From a bacterium (GTDB lineage Bacteria; Spirochaetota; Spirochaetia; Treponematales; UBA12059): a DNA stretch of 64,000 nucleotides. The position numbers were made by a program, and so were the translations under genes. The notes under the pieces were generated by a model. The model searched no databases, was not told the origin of the DNA, and saw only the letters and a program-made list of their open reading frames with translations. Positions 36,379 to 45,675 of the stretch are shown piece after piece. Where the stretch lies: positions 65,169 through 129,168 of the forward strand of contig DATKVB010000011.1 of assembly GCA_035530295.1 (NCBI GenBank). The letters run 5' to 3'. The first letter of the stretch is position 1, and each line of letters begins with the position of its first letter.

Positions 36379-36411
36379 GGCGACGGGCAATAATCCCGCC
36401 GCCTTTTTTTT
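36379..36411 (+). terminator. intrinsic terminator
   Basis: Stem GGCGACGGG/CCCGCCGCC (one mismatch), 7-nt loop, then T8. Confidence 0.65.
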
Positions 36412-36415
36412 CAAT

Positions 36416-37081
36416 TTACTGCAGTGCCGAAATCTTGATGATGATCTCTTGATCGAGCGTGACATCCTTGAGCGGCTTCATCAGGCCAAGCACAACGTTC
36501 TCGAATGTTTCCTTGACGAATGGATTGAGCGGCACATCCTTGCCGCCGTTTGTCACCGTAACCGTACGATCCTTCATTTCGTTTCCTCCCGAAAAATAGT
36601 GCTCAGTGAACAATCTTGCTTGGTCAGATCCAAAAACGACGAGGCCAGCATGTTTGGCGACTTCGGCCAGGTCGGCGGCATCGGTGATCAGTACATCGAA
36701 TTCCGTCAGTGGGCGCTTCAGCTCATCACGGGTGGTGGCTGGCCCACCGACGAGTACCCGAACCGCTCCGGGCAGAAGGCGGCCTTCCACCAGAATGACC
36801 TCGCCCACCGGAAAGACAGACCTGGCGTACTCGCGGCCCCAGCTGCCGGGTGTAGACTCGATTCTGACAGTCTCATCATCGGAGACCAGGGCGGCTGTGG
36901 CGCCTGCGGAGAAGAATCGGGTGGAATCCTTTCCAGGCAGGTTGAAGCTCGCCCCATGGTGAACGCACTTGATGGCGCCTACGGATATCCCATTGGCTCG
37001 GAGAGCCGTTATGCACTGTTCGACAAAGCCAGTCTTGCCGGTATTGGACCAGCCAATGAAACACGCGAAACGAGCATCCAT
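36416..37081 (-). CDS. MobB-like P-loop protein with an extra C-terminal segment
   Basis: 'FIGWSNTGKTGF' P-loop and 'GAIKCVHH'. An additional ~70-aa tail is present. The ORF is open to 37117. Confidence 0.6.
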   Translation of the reverse strand: MDARFACFIGWSNTGKTGFVEQCITALRANGISVGAIKCVHHGASFNLPGKDSTRFFSAGATAALVSDDETVRIESTPGSWGREYARSVFPVGEVILVEGRLLPGAVRVLVGGPATTRDELKRPLTEFDVLITDAADLAEVAKHAGLVVFGSDQARLFTEHYFSGGNEMKDRTVTVTNGGKDVPLNPFVKETFENVVLGLMKPLKDVTLDQEIIIKISALQ

Positions 37082-37085
37082 GAAG

Positions 37086-38198
37086 TCATTGTAGTCCGGG
37101 CCCATCGCCGCGGGCAAGCGCTACCGGTGGTGCGAAGGTGTGGATGGTCGTCTTTGGGCCGAATCCCCATCCCCCTTCCCTGATTTCGGGATTAGCAACC
37201 TCGATCAGGTCGTAGCGCCGCAAACAGAAGAAACCGCCTCGAGTCGCCGCGTCGTCGCCATTCCTGGCCGAGAACGGGAACCGTCCGGCAGGGCCGCAGA
37301 GCAGGTATCTCACGCGCCCGCCCTTGTTCAGCATCGGGGCAGACACAACGCGGTAGGCCCCGGACTTCTCCGACACAACGAGCGGCGGAACGACGAACGG
37401 CGGAACGACGAACGGCGGAACGACGAGTATCCAGGTCATTTTTATCAGTTCTCTGTCCAGGCCCAGCTTGAGTGCGAGCTGGGCGACCCCAGGAGGCATG
37501 TCCCAGGTCGATTCATCGTGGCATGTGTGCGATGGACCAGCCTGGAGGGCGGGACAAGCGCCAGCCCAGGTGCATGGAGCCCGCACGAGCCAGCCATCAG
37601 CCACCAGGACGTCGCGCAATTGCAGCGTGTCGCGACTGGCGGCAAGCGTCGCCGGTTCGATTATCAGGATGCCGCCACCTGGCTCCAAAGACGCGGCCGC
37701 ACGCCTGACCAGCGCGAGCCGCCTCGGCAGGAGGTCGGGACCGGTTCCAATCTCATTGAGGCTGTGACCGAACACAACCAGGTCGAACGGGCCAGACGGT
37801 ATCGCCGCGCTCGACTCGAGATCGGCGCATATCACAGCCACGTCCAGTGGATCGGAGCCTGGCCGCCGGAGCTGCTCGAGCGCTTGCCTCGCTGACTCGA
37901 GGGCGGGTGCCGAGCGGTCCACCAGCGTCAGGCTCTGGGCTCCCCGTTCCGCCAGCGCCAGCGAAACCGAGCCAGGGCCGGCACCCATGTCCAGGACCGA
38001 TCGCGGACGCAGTCCTGTCATCGAACAGATCCTGTGAGTCTGGGCGCAGGACACCTCGAGGTAGTACTCCGAATAGGCGGCGAGCAGAGCAGGATCGTCC
38101 ATGTAGGAGGTGCCAGCCAGCGCCCGGTCTCCAGTCAGGCCACGCTGCAGCGAAAGGAGCGCTACATGTCGATTCGAGGCGACAGTGTGTCGACCCAT
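37086..38198 (-). CDS. Rsm22-like SAM-dependent methyltransferase
   Basis: SAM motif I 'VLDMGAGPGSV' and a Cys-rich stretch 'CTWAGACPALQAGPSHTCHD'. Confidence 0.7.
   Translation of the reverse strand: MGRHTVASNRHVALLSLQRGLTGDRALAGTSYMDDPALLAAYSEYYLEVSCAQTHRICSMTGLRPRSVLDMGAGPGSVSLALAERGAQSLTLVDRSAPALESARQALEQLRRPGSDPLDVAVICADLESSAAIPSGPFDLVVFGHSLNEIGTGPDLLPRRLALVRRAAASLEPGGGILIIEPATLAASRDTLQLRDVLVADGWLVRAPCTWAGACPALQAGPSHTCHDESTWDMPPGVAQLALKLGLDRELIKMTWILVVPPFVVPPFVVPPLVVSEKSGAYRVVSAPMLNKGGRVRYLLCGPAGRFPFSARNGDDAATRGGFFCLRRYDLIEVANPEIREGGWGFGPKTTIHTFAPPVALARGDGPGLQ
37375..37426. repeat. 15-bp tandem repeat (about 3.5 copies) inside the methyltransferase gene
   Basis: Plus strand AACGACGAACGGCGG repeated, encoding (VVPPF)3 on the minus strand. 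Confidence 0.85.
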
Positions 38199-38200
38199 GC

Positions 38201-38875
38201 CTAGCTGGCCTTTGGCACTGTAGGACGCAGGTCGGGCCCACCATCGAGTGGGTCGTCATCCTTCATGCCGACAAGGAAAAGCACGCGCGCCACCGCCTCA
38301 GGGACGGCCCGATCAAGCGAAATACGCTCGCCTGATGTCGCCGGATCGATGCCGGCCAGCTCGGAGCCCATATCAGCCATCACTGGCGGCTCGGCGCCGA
38401 ATACTCGGATGAGTTCATCATGGCCACTCGCTGCCCTGGCGGCGCCGGCGCTGTGCCCATGTCTGCATACAGAGAAACTGGCCGAACCGTGCTTGTTCCT
38501 GATTCCGGAAAACGCGAACATACGGCATATCAATGGTCGAGCCTCGTATACCGTACAATGGTAGCGAGTATCGGCGGCATACAGGGGGCACCCCCGCCGG
38601 CTATCTGGTTGCGCAATAGGACTCAGACCCGAGGCAGCTATGCGGTAGGCCTTTTCGCGATCCGTTCCGACCAGCCACGCGGCTATGTACGACGCCTCGA
38701 GCGGCAGAATATCGGGAATAAAACCCTCGCAACAGAGTCCGCAGCCAAAGCCGCATGAGACGCCTGAAGCCTGGACGAATTCATTGACGGCCACGTCGGC
38801 CCGTCGATACAAGTAGGCAAGCACCTCGAGCCGTTCGGCCAGAAGCGATGCTGGTAGAATGCCTAGAATATCCAC
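38201..38875 (-). CDS. YkgJ-family cysteine-cluster (CxxCxxCC) protein
   Basis: 'CGFGCGLCCEG' plus 'GCPLY...CTVYEARPLICRMF'. The start is uncertain: GTG 38875 was chosen, with TTG 38983 or ATG 39013 as alternatives. Confidence 0.7.
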   Translation of the reverse strand: MDILGILPASLLAERLEVLAYLYRRADVAVNEFVQASGVSCGFGCGLCCEGFIPDILPLEASYIAAWLVGTDREKAYRIAASGLSPIAQPDSRRGCPLYAADTRYHCTVYEARPLICRMFAFSGIRNKHGSASFSVCRHGHSAGAARAASGHDELIRVFGAEPPVMADMGSELAGIDPATSGERISLDRAVPEAVARVLFLVGMKDDDPLDGGPDLRPTVPKAS

Positions 38876-38927
38876 GTCTGCAACCCCATGAGTGAGGATG
38901 CAAATGTACGCAGCCGAGGGCGCTTGG

Positions 38928-39290
38928 TCAAGACAACCGGGCCGCGAACGCGGCAGCGATCCTGTGGGCAGACAGTCCGACAACGAAACCGGCCATGTCA
39001 GCGACCAGGTCAAAGCCGTCGCAGGAACGCCCGGGCACGAAGAGCTGACTGATCTCGGTCAGCGCCGCGAACGCGAAGACCGCGACCAGGACAGAAAGCA
39101 GGCGCCGCACGCCGACGAGCCTGAAATCGAGACAAACGGCCAGCGCGAGCGCCATGAACATGCCAGAGTGTACCAACTTGTCGAAACCGGGGATATGCGG
39201 CCCCTGGGGCAGGCTGGAACCTGGCAGAAGGATCGCTATCAGTATGAAGATGACGACAATGATGGTTGGAAGGGGTAGTCGGCGTCGCAT
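38928..39290 (-). CDS. VanZ-like membrane protein
   Basis: TM helices with 'FDKLVHSGMF' and 'DLVADMAGFVVG'. Met22 lies just after the uvrC stop. Confidence 0.7.
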   Translation of the reverse strand: MRRRLPLPTIIVVIFILIAILLPGSSLPQGPHIPGFDKLVHSGMFMALALAVCLDFRLVGVRRLLSVLVAVFAFAALTEISQLFVPGRSCDGFDLVADMAGFVVGLSAHRIAAAFAARLS

Positions 39291-39294
39291 GGAC

Positions 39295-41154
39295 TCACTG
39301 TGCACCGGGCTGCCCCGGCTCGTCCAGACCATCAGCCGGAGCATCAAGACCAACCGAGGCGGCCCGCGCCGCCGCTTCCTTGACGGCAGCCGCGGCCGCC
39401 TGATCCAGGCCCGAGCGTGACGCTATGTATTCAGGCGCGGCTTCGGCTACGGCTGCGAGAGAACCGAAGGCGTCCATGATCCGCCGCGCCCGGGCCGGTC
39501 CCACGCCCCTGACGGCTTCCAGGATCGGAAAGCCGACACTCTTGCCGCGCAGGCGCTGGTTCATGCCTGTGGCGAAGCGATGAGCCTCATCGCGTATGGC
39601 CACGACCAGCCGCAATCCCGCTGAATCCTTTGGAAGCACAATAGGCTCGCTGGCGCCATGGGGCCAGAGCTCCTCGTTTTCCTTGGCCAGTCCGACAACC
39701 GGAATATCGAGACCGAGCGCGTCGAGTATGTCCCATGCGGCATTGACCTGCCCGCGTCCTCCATCTATAAGCACCAGATCCGGCGCCTCTGCCTCGTCGT
39801 TGGCGACGTGCGTATAGTGCCGCGCCGTGACCTCCCGCATCGCGCCGAAATCGTCTATCGCCCCATCCAGGCTCCTGATCTTGAAGATGCGGTAGCCCTT
39901 CTTGTTAGGCGCACCATTTCTGAACGAAATCAGCGAGGCAACCGTATGCTTGCCTGACAGTTGCGCAATGTCAAAGCCTTCAATGAGTTCCGGCAGTGTC
40001 TCGAGATCAAGCGCCGCCCTGAGCGACTCAAGCGCCTCCACATCCCCCGCCTCGCGCCGGCGCTTCAGCAGGTCTTCACGCGCGTTGTACTCGGCCATCG
40101 CAAGCGCGGCCTCGTGACGGTGCTCGGCAGGCGTAGCCAGTGCAAAAACACGCCCGAGTTCATCCCGTAGATAGTCGACGACGAGCTCGAGCCCCGTGGC
40201 ATCCTTGACATAGACCTCCGGCGGCGGCGCCCGGTCGGGGCCGTAGTATACCGACAGGAACTCAGCCACCGCCTCTGACTCTGACCCGAAGGTCCGCTCC
40301 CTGAACAGGTCACGGCCCACGAGGCGCCCCCCCCTGGTCTGGAACACAACGAAATCGACCAGGCTGCCATCGACCGCCCAGGCCACATAGTCGCGGTCAC
40401 CTGACATGAAATCGACCACGCCTGAATCGCCCTTGAAGGCGCCGATGGCCTGGATCGTGTCGCGCAGGCTTGCGGCCTTTTCGAATTGCAGTGAACTCGC
40501 CGCGGCTTCCATCTCCGTTTTCAGCGATTCAAGCAAGACGTCGGAATCGCCTGACAGGAGCGTTGCCACGCGTTCGACCTGCAGCATGTACTCCTCGCGG
40601 GTGGTCTTGCCGGCGCAGGGTGCCGAACAGCGCCCTATGTGGTAGTACATGCATGGAGTCTGCCGTTTTCGCATGGTTTTGCAGCGCCGCAGGGGAAAGA
40701 GCCGCCGCACCATGTCGAGGTAACGATCGATGACATCGGCGCTGGGATAGGGGCCGAAATACCTGCTGCCATCATCGATTATCCGCCGGGTCCGGAATAC
40801 GCGGGGAAATTCCTCGTTTGTTATCCTGATTGACGGGTATGTCTTGCCATCCTTCAGGTTGATGTTGTACCGAGGCGCATACTGCTTGATCAGGTTGTTT
40901 TCAAGCAGAAGGGCCTCGTACTCGGTCTCTGTCAATATCCATTCGAGCGCGGTGGCCTTTGACACGAGCAACTTCGTCTTTACCTCGCGTTTGCCCGTAA
41001 AATACGACGCAAGCCGGGCTTTGAGCGATTTTGCCTTGCCAACATAGATGACAACACCCTCCGGATCCCTCCAGAGGTAGACTCCAGGGGCTTCCGGAGC
41101 CTGTTTTGCGATATTCCGCACTACGCTTGAAGGCCGGGCTTTATTCTCGTCCAT
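39295..41154 (-). CDS. uvrC: excinuclease ABC subunit C
   Basis: GIY-YIG 'GVYLWRDPEGVVIYVGKAKSLKARLASYF' and 'YFGPYPS', with a C-terminal HhH region. ATG at 41154 gives about 619 aa. Confidence 0.92.
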   Translation of the reverse strand: MDENKARPSSVVRNIAKQAPEAPGVYLWRDPEGVVIYVGKAKSLKARLASYFTGKREVKTKLLVSKATALEWILTETEYEALLLENNLIKQYAPRYNINLKDGKTYPSIRITNEEFPRVFRTRRIIDDGSRYFGPYPSADVIDRYLDMVRRLFPLRRCKTMRKRQTPCMYYHIGRCSAPCAGKTTREEYMLQVERVATLLSGDSDVLLESLKTEMEAAASSLQFEKAASLRDTIQAIGAFKGDSGVVDFMSGDRDYVAWAVDGSLVDFVVFQTRGGRLVGRDLFRERTFGSESEAVAEFLSVYYGPDRAPPPEVYVKDATGLELVVDYLRDELGRVFALATPAEHRHEAALAMAEYNAREDLLKRRREAGDVEALESLRAALDLETLPELIEGFDIAQLSGKHTVASLISFRNGAPNKKGYRIFKIRSLDGAIDDFGAMREVTARHYTHVANDEAEAPDLVLIDGGRGQVNAAWDILDALGLDIPVVGLAKENEELWPHGASEPIVLPKDSAGLRLVVAIRDEAHRFATGMNQRLRGKSVGFPILEAVRGVGPARARRIMDAFGSLAAVAEAAPEYIASRSGLDQAAAAAVKEAAARAASVGLDAPADGLDEPGQPGAQ

Positions 41155-41254
41155 ATTCTTCGATACTATGATAGTGAGGTTTTGTCGAAAAGTTCTAGCC
41201 ATTCGGCAACTCCCGCCAACGCGGATTGTTAATACTGACAAGGACCGATTCTGG

Positions 41255-42844
41255 ATGACAGAGGAACAGCGCACCATGCACGACCATATACAGAGACACT
41301 CAATCCATCGCGGCGCGATCCGGATCGCGATGATCGCATCGCTGGCGCTCACGCCGGCCCTCGTCAGTCCAACGGCAGCGTACGCCGACGACGAGCGCAT
41401 CGTTGATGCAGCAACGGTCGTCAGGTCATCCCCATACCAATGGCTGCATGACGGTACCGAACGGGTCGAAGGGCCATCGGGTCCCGAGCTGTCGCTGAGT
41501 CCCGCTGCTTCCGGCATCGACCAGAGCACGGATCTCCTGCTGACGTTCGACGATATGTCGTCCGGTGGCGGACCGACCGAGGCGACTGGACGCTGGTCGG
41601 TCAAGACGATGGGACCGTACGAGCAATCGGCAGCGTCACGTTTCGGCACCGGTGCCGGTGTCTTCAGGGCTCCGGCTACAAAGCTCACCCTGGAGCCGGT
41701 ATCGAGCACCCTGTTTTCTCCCGAGCTTCCGATGGGGGACTTTTCCATCGAGTTCTGGCTCAAGCCGACCCGCGCCGACTCGGGTGAAATCATCATGATG
41801 TGGAAGGCCACCAGGCGCGCCGGCAAGGCATGGCTTTCACAGCAAGTCTCCTGCGTTATCCTGCGCAATCGGATTGTCTTCGGATTCCTGAATTTCTTTG
41901 CAAACCCGTCTGGCGCCGAAACGATGATAAGCCTGCAGGGTGCATCAGTCCTGGTGCCAGGTGTCTGGTCGCACCACCTGGTCCGCTTCGATTCAGCTAC
42001 CGGCCTGGTCGAGTACCTGATGAACGGCAAGACCGAGGCTGTTGCCTATGCCACCTCGACCAAGAAGCAGGCTGGCACCGTGTTCAACCCGATTTCGGGC
42101 AGTTCGGGCAAGCTCGACCTGGCGCAGAACTACACCGGAATGATTGACGAGTTTCAACTCTCGTCCTCCTTCATCGAGCAGCCCACGCTGGCACGCTACA
42201 GGCCCGCCGGCGGCACGATCGTGTCTCCGATCATCGACTTGGGCGCCACGAATTCGGCCATCAATGGTATCGATGCCCAAACGCGCACACCGGGCGAGTC
42301 GGCTATTCACTGGAGCTACCGCGCCGCCGATTCTTCGGTTGGTTGGCAGGATGATTCGCCAGCCTGGATACCGTTCACGCCTGGCACGCACTTTGCCTCG
42401 ACAGGCGGAACCGTTTCCCGAGGCCGCTACCTGCAACTCAGGTTGATGCTCTATCCGAATGCATCCGGAGAACAGAGTCCATCCGTAGGCGCCATCACGA
42501 TACGCTACCAGCCCGACGAGCCTCCATCGCCTCCGTCAACCGTTCGTGCCGCGAGCGGGGATGGCCGCATCACGGTACGGTGGTCAAGCGTCTCTGAATC
42601 CGATGTCCGGGGATATGTGGTATACTATGGACTTGCGTCAGGGGACTATTTTGGCACTGGTTCGACTGAAGGGTCCAGTCCGGTCTTTGTGAAGGGAGCC
42701 GGCTCGACGAGCCTGACCCTGAATGGCCTCAAGAACGGCACACTGTACTTTATCGCGGTCGCCGCCTATGACGACGCCACACCACCCCACATCGGGGAAT
42801 TCTCGCGCGAGATCAGCGCGCGGCCATCGAGGGTCTCGCCATGA
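41255..42844 (+). CDS. secreted LamG-domain plus fibronectin type III domain protein
   Basis: LamG_3 pattern 'FSIEFWLKP...GVWSHHLVRFD...YLMNGK...GMIDEFQLS'. C-terminal FN3 'PPSTVRAASGDGRITVRWS...GYVVYYG...LKNGTLYFIAVAAYD'. Confidence 0.7.
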   Translation: MTEEQRTMHDHIQRHSIHRGAIRIAMIASLALTPALVSPTAAYADDERIVDAATVVRSSPYQWLHDGTERVEGPSGPELSLSPAASGIDQSTDLLLTFDDMSSGGGPTEATGRWSVKTMGPYEQSAASRFGTGAGVFRAPATKLTLEPVSSTLFSPELPMGDFSIEFWLKPTRADSGEIIMMWKATRRAGKAWLSQQVSCVILRNRIVFGFLNFFANPSGAETMISLQGASVLVPGVWSHHLVRFDSATGLVEYLMNGKTEAVAYATSTKKQAGTVFNPISGSSGKLDLAQNYTGMIDEFQLSSSFIEQPTLARYRPAGGTIVSPIIDLGATNSAINGIDAQTRTPGESAIHWSYRAADSSVGWQDDSPAWIPFTPGTHFASTGGTVSRGRYLQLRLMLYPNASGEQSPSVGAITIRYQPDEPPSPPSTVRAASGDGRITVRWSSVSESDVRGYVVYYGLASGDYFGTGSTEGSSPVFVKGAGSTSLTLNGLKNGTLYFIAVAAYDDATPPHIGEFSREISARPSRVSP

Positions 42845-45675
42845 CCGAAGCCAGGAAAAGCACCGACAATCTGTTGCGCGCCAAGAACGCGCTACGGCTC
42901 CGCGACTTCGAAATGGCCGAGCGTCTGGCCAGAAAACACCTGCTCGAGGACCCAAAGTCCAAGACCGCGCGCATGGTGCTCGGCACGGTATACATGCGGA
43001 CAAACAAGCCTGGCGAGGCGTTGGCCGCGTTCTCCAGCGCTGTCGAGGTTGATGCCAATGATGTGCGTGCGCTTGAAGGCATGGCCGTCGCGTACCTGCG
43101 CCTGAACAAGCCGCTCGACGCCCTGTCTGCGCTCGACAGGGCCATCGACATCAACCCCGGTGACGCGGAGTTGCTCTTCAATATGGGCAATGCCCACAAG
43201 ATGCTCGGCAACCTCCGCGCGGCCGAGATGGCCTTCGCAAAGGCTGTCGAAATAGACAACAATCATGTCATAGCCTACAACAACCTGGGCAATATCTATA
43301 TGGCGATGGGAGACAACGCCAAGGCTGTACAGACCTTCTGGCGTGGCCTTACGGTCGATCCCAACTATCCGTCGTTCCATTACAATCTGGGCATAGCCTA
43401 TGAGGCGCTTGGAAAGCCCGCGGACGCCATCACCGAATATGATGCGGCGGTCAAGGGCCGCCCTGGATGGATCGAGGCGATGACCCGCTACGGTGAATGC
43501 CTCGCGAAGAACGGCCAGCAAAAGCGCGCCATAGATATGTTCTCCCAGATCATAGCTATTGACCAGTTGAACGCTCCAGCACGCAACGGAATTGGCATGG
43601 CGTATGCGGAAGCTGGCAAGCCGGATGAGGCTGTCTCATGGTTCCGCAAGGCCCTGGAGGCCAATCCCAAGTTCCTTACGGCGGCCGTCAATATCCAGGA
43701 CGTGCTCGAAAAAACCGGACGCTACGCCGAGGCGATAGGCGAAATCCAGGCCCTGGTCGATCTGATGCCCGACAATGATGGCTTGCGCGTGCAACTGGCC
43801 AGGCTGTACCGGGCGCTCGGCCACCTCGACCTCGCCATGGACGCGGTTACCGATGTGCTGCGCCGCTCCCCTAACGACATAGAGGCACTCAAGATATATG
43901 GTTTGCTGCTCCAAAGCCTGGGAAAGCCCGAGAAGGCCAAAGAAGTCTACAAGAAGATAGTGCGGCTTGATCCGAATCAGGCCAGCTTCAAGGTGGAGCT
44001 GGCGCGGCTGTACCGTGAATCGGGCGACGCTGACGCTGCCATAAAGGAACTCGAGCAGCACCTTACAGCCCGCCCGCGCGACTATCAGGCCAGAATCGAG
44101 CTGGCCCGCGCCCATTCCGACAAAGGCGACCACGCGCACGCCGCGCAGATACTCAACGAGGTGGTCGCCGATCGCCCCGATGACGCGGAAGCATGGCTCG
44201 AACTGTCAGCCGAGTATCAGTCGCTTGGCGAAAAGGACAAGGCGGTCGAGGCGGCCGACAAGCTGGTCAATCTACGCGGTGGTCGTGGCCGTGCGGAGGA
44301 CATCGATGGCCTCAATGATTCAATAGACGCGTATGAACAAGCCGTCCGTGCCTATTCGGGTGACATGCGGGAAGCATGGGAACGCAACGTCAAGGTGCTT
44401 CGTGACGCCATGCGAGCCGAGATAAAGGCCCCGGACGCGGTCGCGGCCGGCCAGGACGCTGATGCCGTCTTCAACCTCGGAAACGCCGATACCATACCGG
44501 TCGATGAATCCGATGAGTCGTTGTACCTCGACGAGCGCGAGGAACCGCTTGACGGCGAGGATGAGCTCGAACTCGAGTCTGCCGAAGAGCCCGAGAACGA
44601 AGTCCCGGAGCCGGACGATGACGATGGAGAACGGCGTGTGGATCCGCTGCTCGATGGGCAAGATCTATACGGCGATGATCATGGCAGGCCACCGGCACCT
44701 GAAGAAGAAGCGCTGCCGGCAAGAGCCGAGCCACAGATGCCGCAATACCAGCAGCAGCCACAGATGCCGCAGTACCAGCAGCCTCCTCAGATGCCGCAGT
44801 ACCAGCAGCCTCCTCAGATGCCACAGTACCAGCAGCCTCCTCAGATGCCGCAATACCAGCAGCAGCCACAAATGCCACAGTACCAGCAGCCTCCTCAGAC
44901 GCCGCAATACCAGCAGCAGCCACAGATGCCGCAGTACCAGCAGCCTCCTCAGATGCCGCAATACCAGCAGGCTCCTCAGATGCCGCAATACCAGCAGCCA
45001 CCGGAAGATCGCCTGCCACAGCCAAAGGAACCCAAACCCGGGTATCCCGATCCTCTCGATCTGTCGCAGCCACTAGACGATACCGTTGAGCCTGTCGAGG
45101 AGGAACTCGAAGCTGAGTTCCCGGAAGATATGGCTCTGGACGACGCGTTGCCGGATGAATTGCCACCCGAGGATGCGGCACTTGATGAGGAGCCTCTCGA
45201 CGAGCCTCTGCCCGAGTACATAGACGAGCCGGATTTTGACGAACCCGATGCCGTGATAACAGAAGAAGAGGATGAGGATATCGGCGCGGATGAAGAAGCC
45301 CCACAGATCGAGCCGGAGTCCGAGCCAGAGGTTGAGCCGGAGTCAGAGGCCGGACCGCAACCCGATTCCGCACTGACGCCGCCAGAACAACAAGCCCAGC
45401 CCGAAGCTGAAAAGACAGTGATTGATCCATTCGGCGAACAGGCGGCCAAGCTCTATGCGTACCTCAAGAATTTGTCTGGCGCGCTGCCGCCTGACAAGCG
45501 GGAGGCAATGGACAAGAGCGGCGTAACGGCCAAACTCGACGCTATCATCGAGGTAGCCGGCAAGAAAGCCATCAAGCCGCCAATACCGTCAGAAATACTG
45601 GGCGTGCCGGTTTCGCCCCGCCTCGCCAGGCTGATCGAGTTCATGCGCCGGGAGAAGAAGAATGCCGGAAAGTAA
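42841..45675 (+). CDS. TPR-repeat protein with PQ-rich tandem repeats and an acidic C-terminal region
   Basis: Many 34-aa TPR units ('A..Y..AL..DP.' periodicity), then 10 PQMPQYQQx units, then a D/E/P-rich tail. 4-nt overlap with the upstream gene. Confidence 0.8.
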   Translation: MTEARKSTDNLLRAKNALRLRDFEMAERLARKHLLEDPKSKTARMVLGTVYMRTNKPGEALAAFSSAVEVDANDVRALEGMAVAYLRLNKPLDALSALDRAIDINPGDAELLFNMGNAHKMLGNLRAAEMAFAKAVEIDNNHVIAYNNLGNIYMAMGDNAKAVQTFWRGLTVDPNYPSFHYNLGIAYEALGKPADAITEYDAAVKGRPGWIEAMTRYGECLAKNGQQKRAIDMFSQIIAIDQLNAPARNGIGMAYAEAGKPDEAVSWFRKALEANPKFLTAAVNIQDVLEKTGRYAEAIGEIQALVDLMPDNDGLRVQLARLYRALGHLDLAMDAVTDVLRRSPNDIEALKIYGLLLQSLGKPEKAKEVYKKIVRLDPNQASFKVELARLYRESGDADAAIKELEQHLTARPRDYQARIELARAHSDKGDHAHAAQILNEVVADRPDDAEAWLELSAEYQSLGEKDKAVEAADKLVNLRGGRGRAEDIDGLNDSIDAYEQAVRAYSGDMREAWERNVKVLRDAMRAEIKAPDAVAAGQDADAVFNLGNADTIPVDESDESLYLDEREEPLDGEDELELESAEEPENEVPEPDDDDGERRVDPLLDGQDLYGDDHGRPPAPEEEALPARAEPQMPQYQQQPQMPQYQQPPQMPQYQQPPQMPQYQQPPQMPQYQQQPQMPQYQQPPQTPQYQQQPQMPQYQQPPQMPQYQQAPQMPQYQQPPEDRLPQPKEPKPGYPDPLDLSQPLDDTVEPVEEELEAEFPEDMALDDALPDELPPEDAALDEEPLDEPLPEYIDEPDFDEPDAVITEEEDEDIGADEEAPQIEPESEPEVEPESEAGPQPDSALTPPEQQAQPEAEKTVIDPFGEQAAKLYAYLKNLSGALPPDKREAMDKSGVTAKLDAIIEVAGKKAIKPPIPSEILGVPVSPRLARLIEFMRREKKNAGK
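44731..45000 (+). repeat. 27-bp in-frame tandem repeat x10 (PQMPQYQQ[Q/P/A])
   Basis: CCACAGATGCCGCA(A/G)TACCAGCAGC(A/C)(G/T) units read directly from the sequence, with only a few substitutions. Confidence 0.95.

Noticed and set aside
41155-42030. N-terminal extension of the uvrC ORF (the track gives 911 aa)
   Set aside because: The GIY-YIG domain begins right after Met at 41154, giving a normal ~619-aa UvrC. The extension is low-complexity and overlaps the well-supported plus-strand LamG/FN3 gene.
44731-45000. Possible CRISPR array
   Set aside because: The repeats are directly adjacent with no spacers, have a 27-bp period, are in frame within a protein, and no cas genes are nearby.
44471-45430. 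319-aa minus-strand ORF and several other ORFs across the PQ repeat (44462-45076, 44665-44988, 44976-45449)
   Set aside because: The stop-free 27-bp repeat generates them in alternative frames. The plus-strand TPR frame is continuous with a well-formed protein on both sides.
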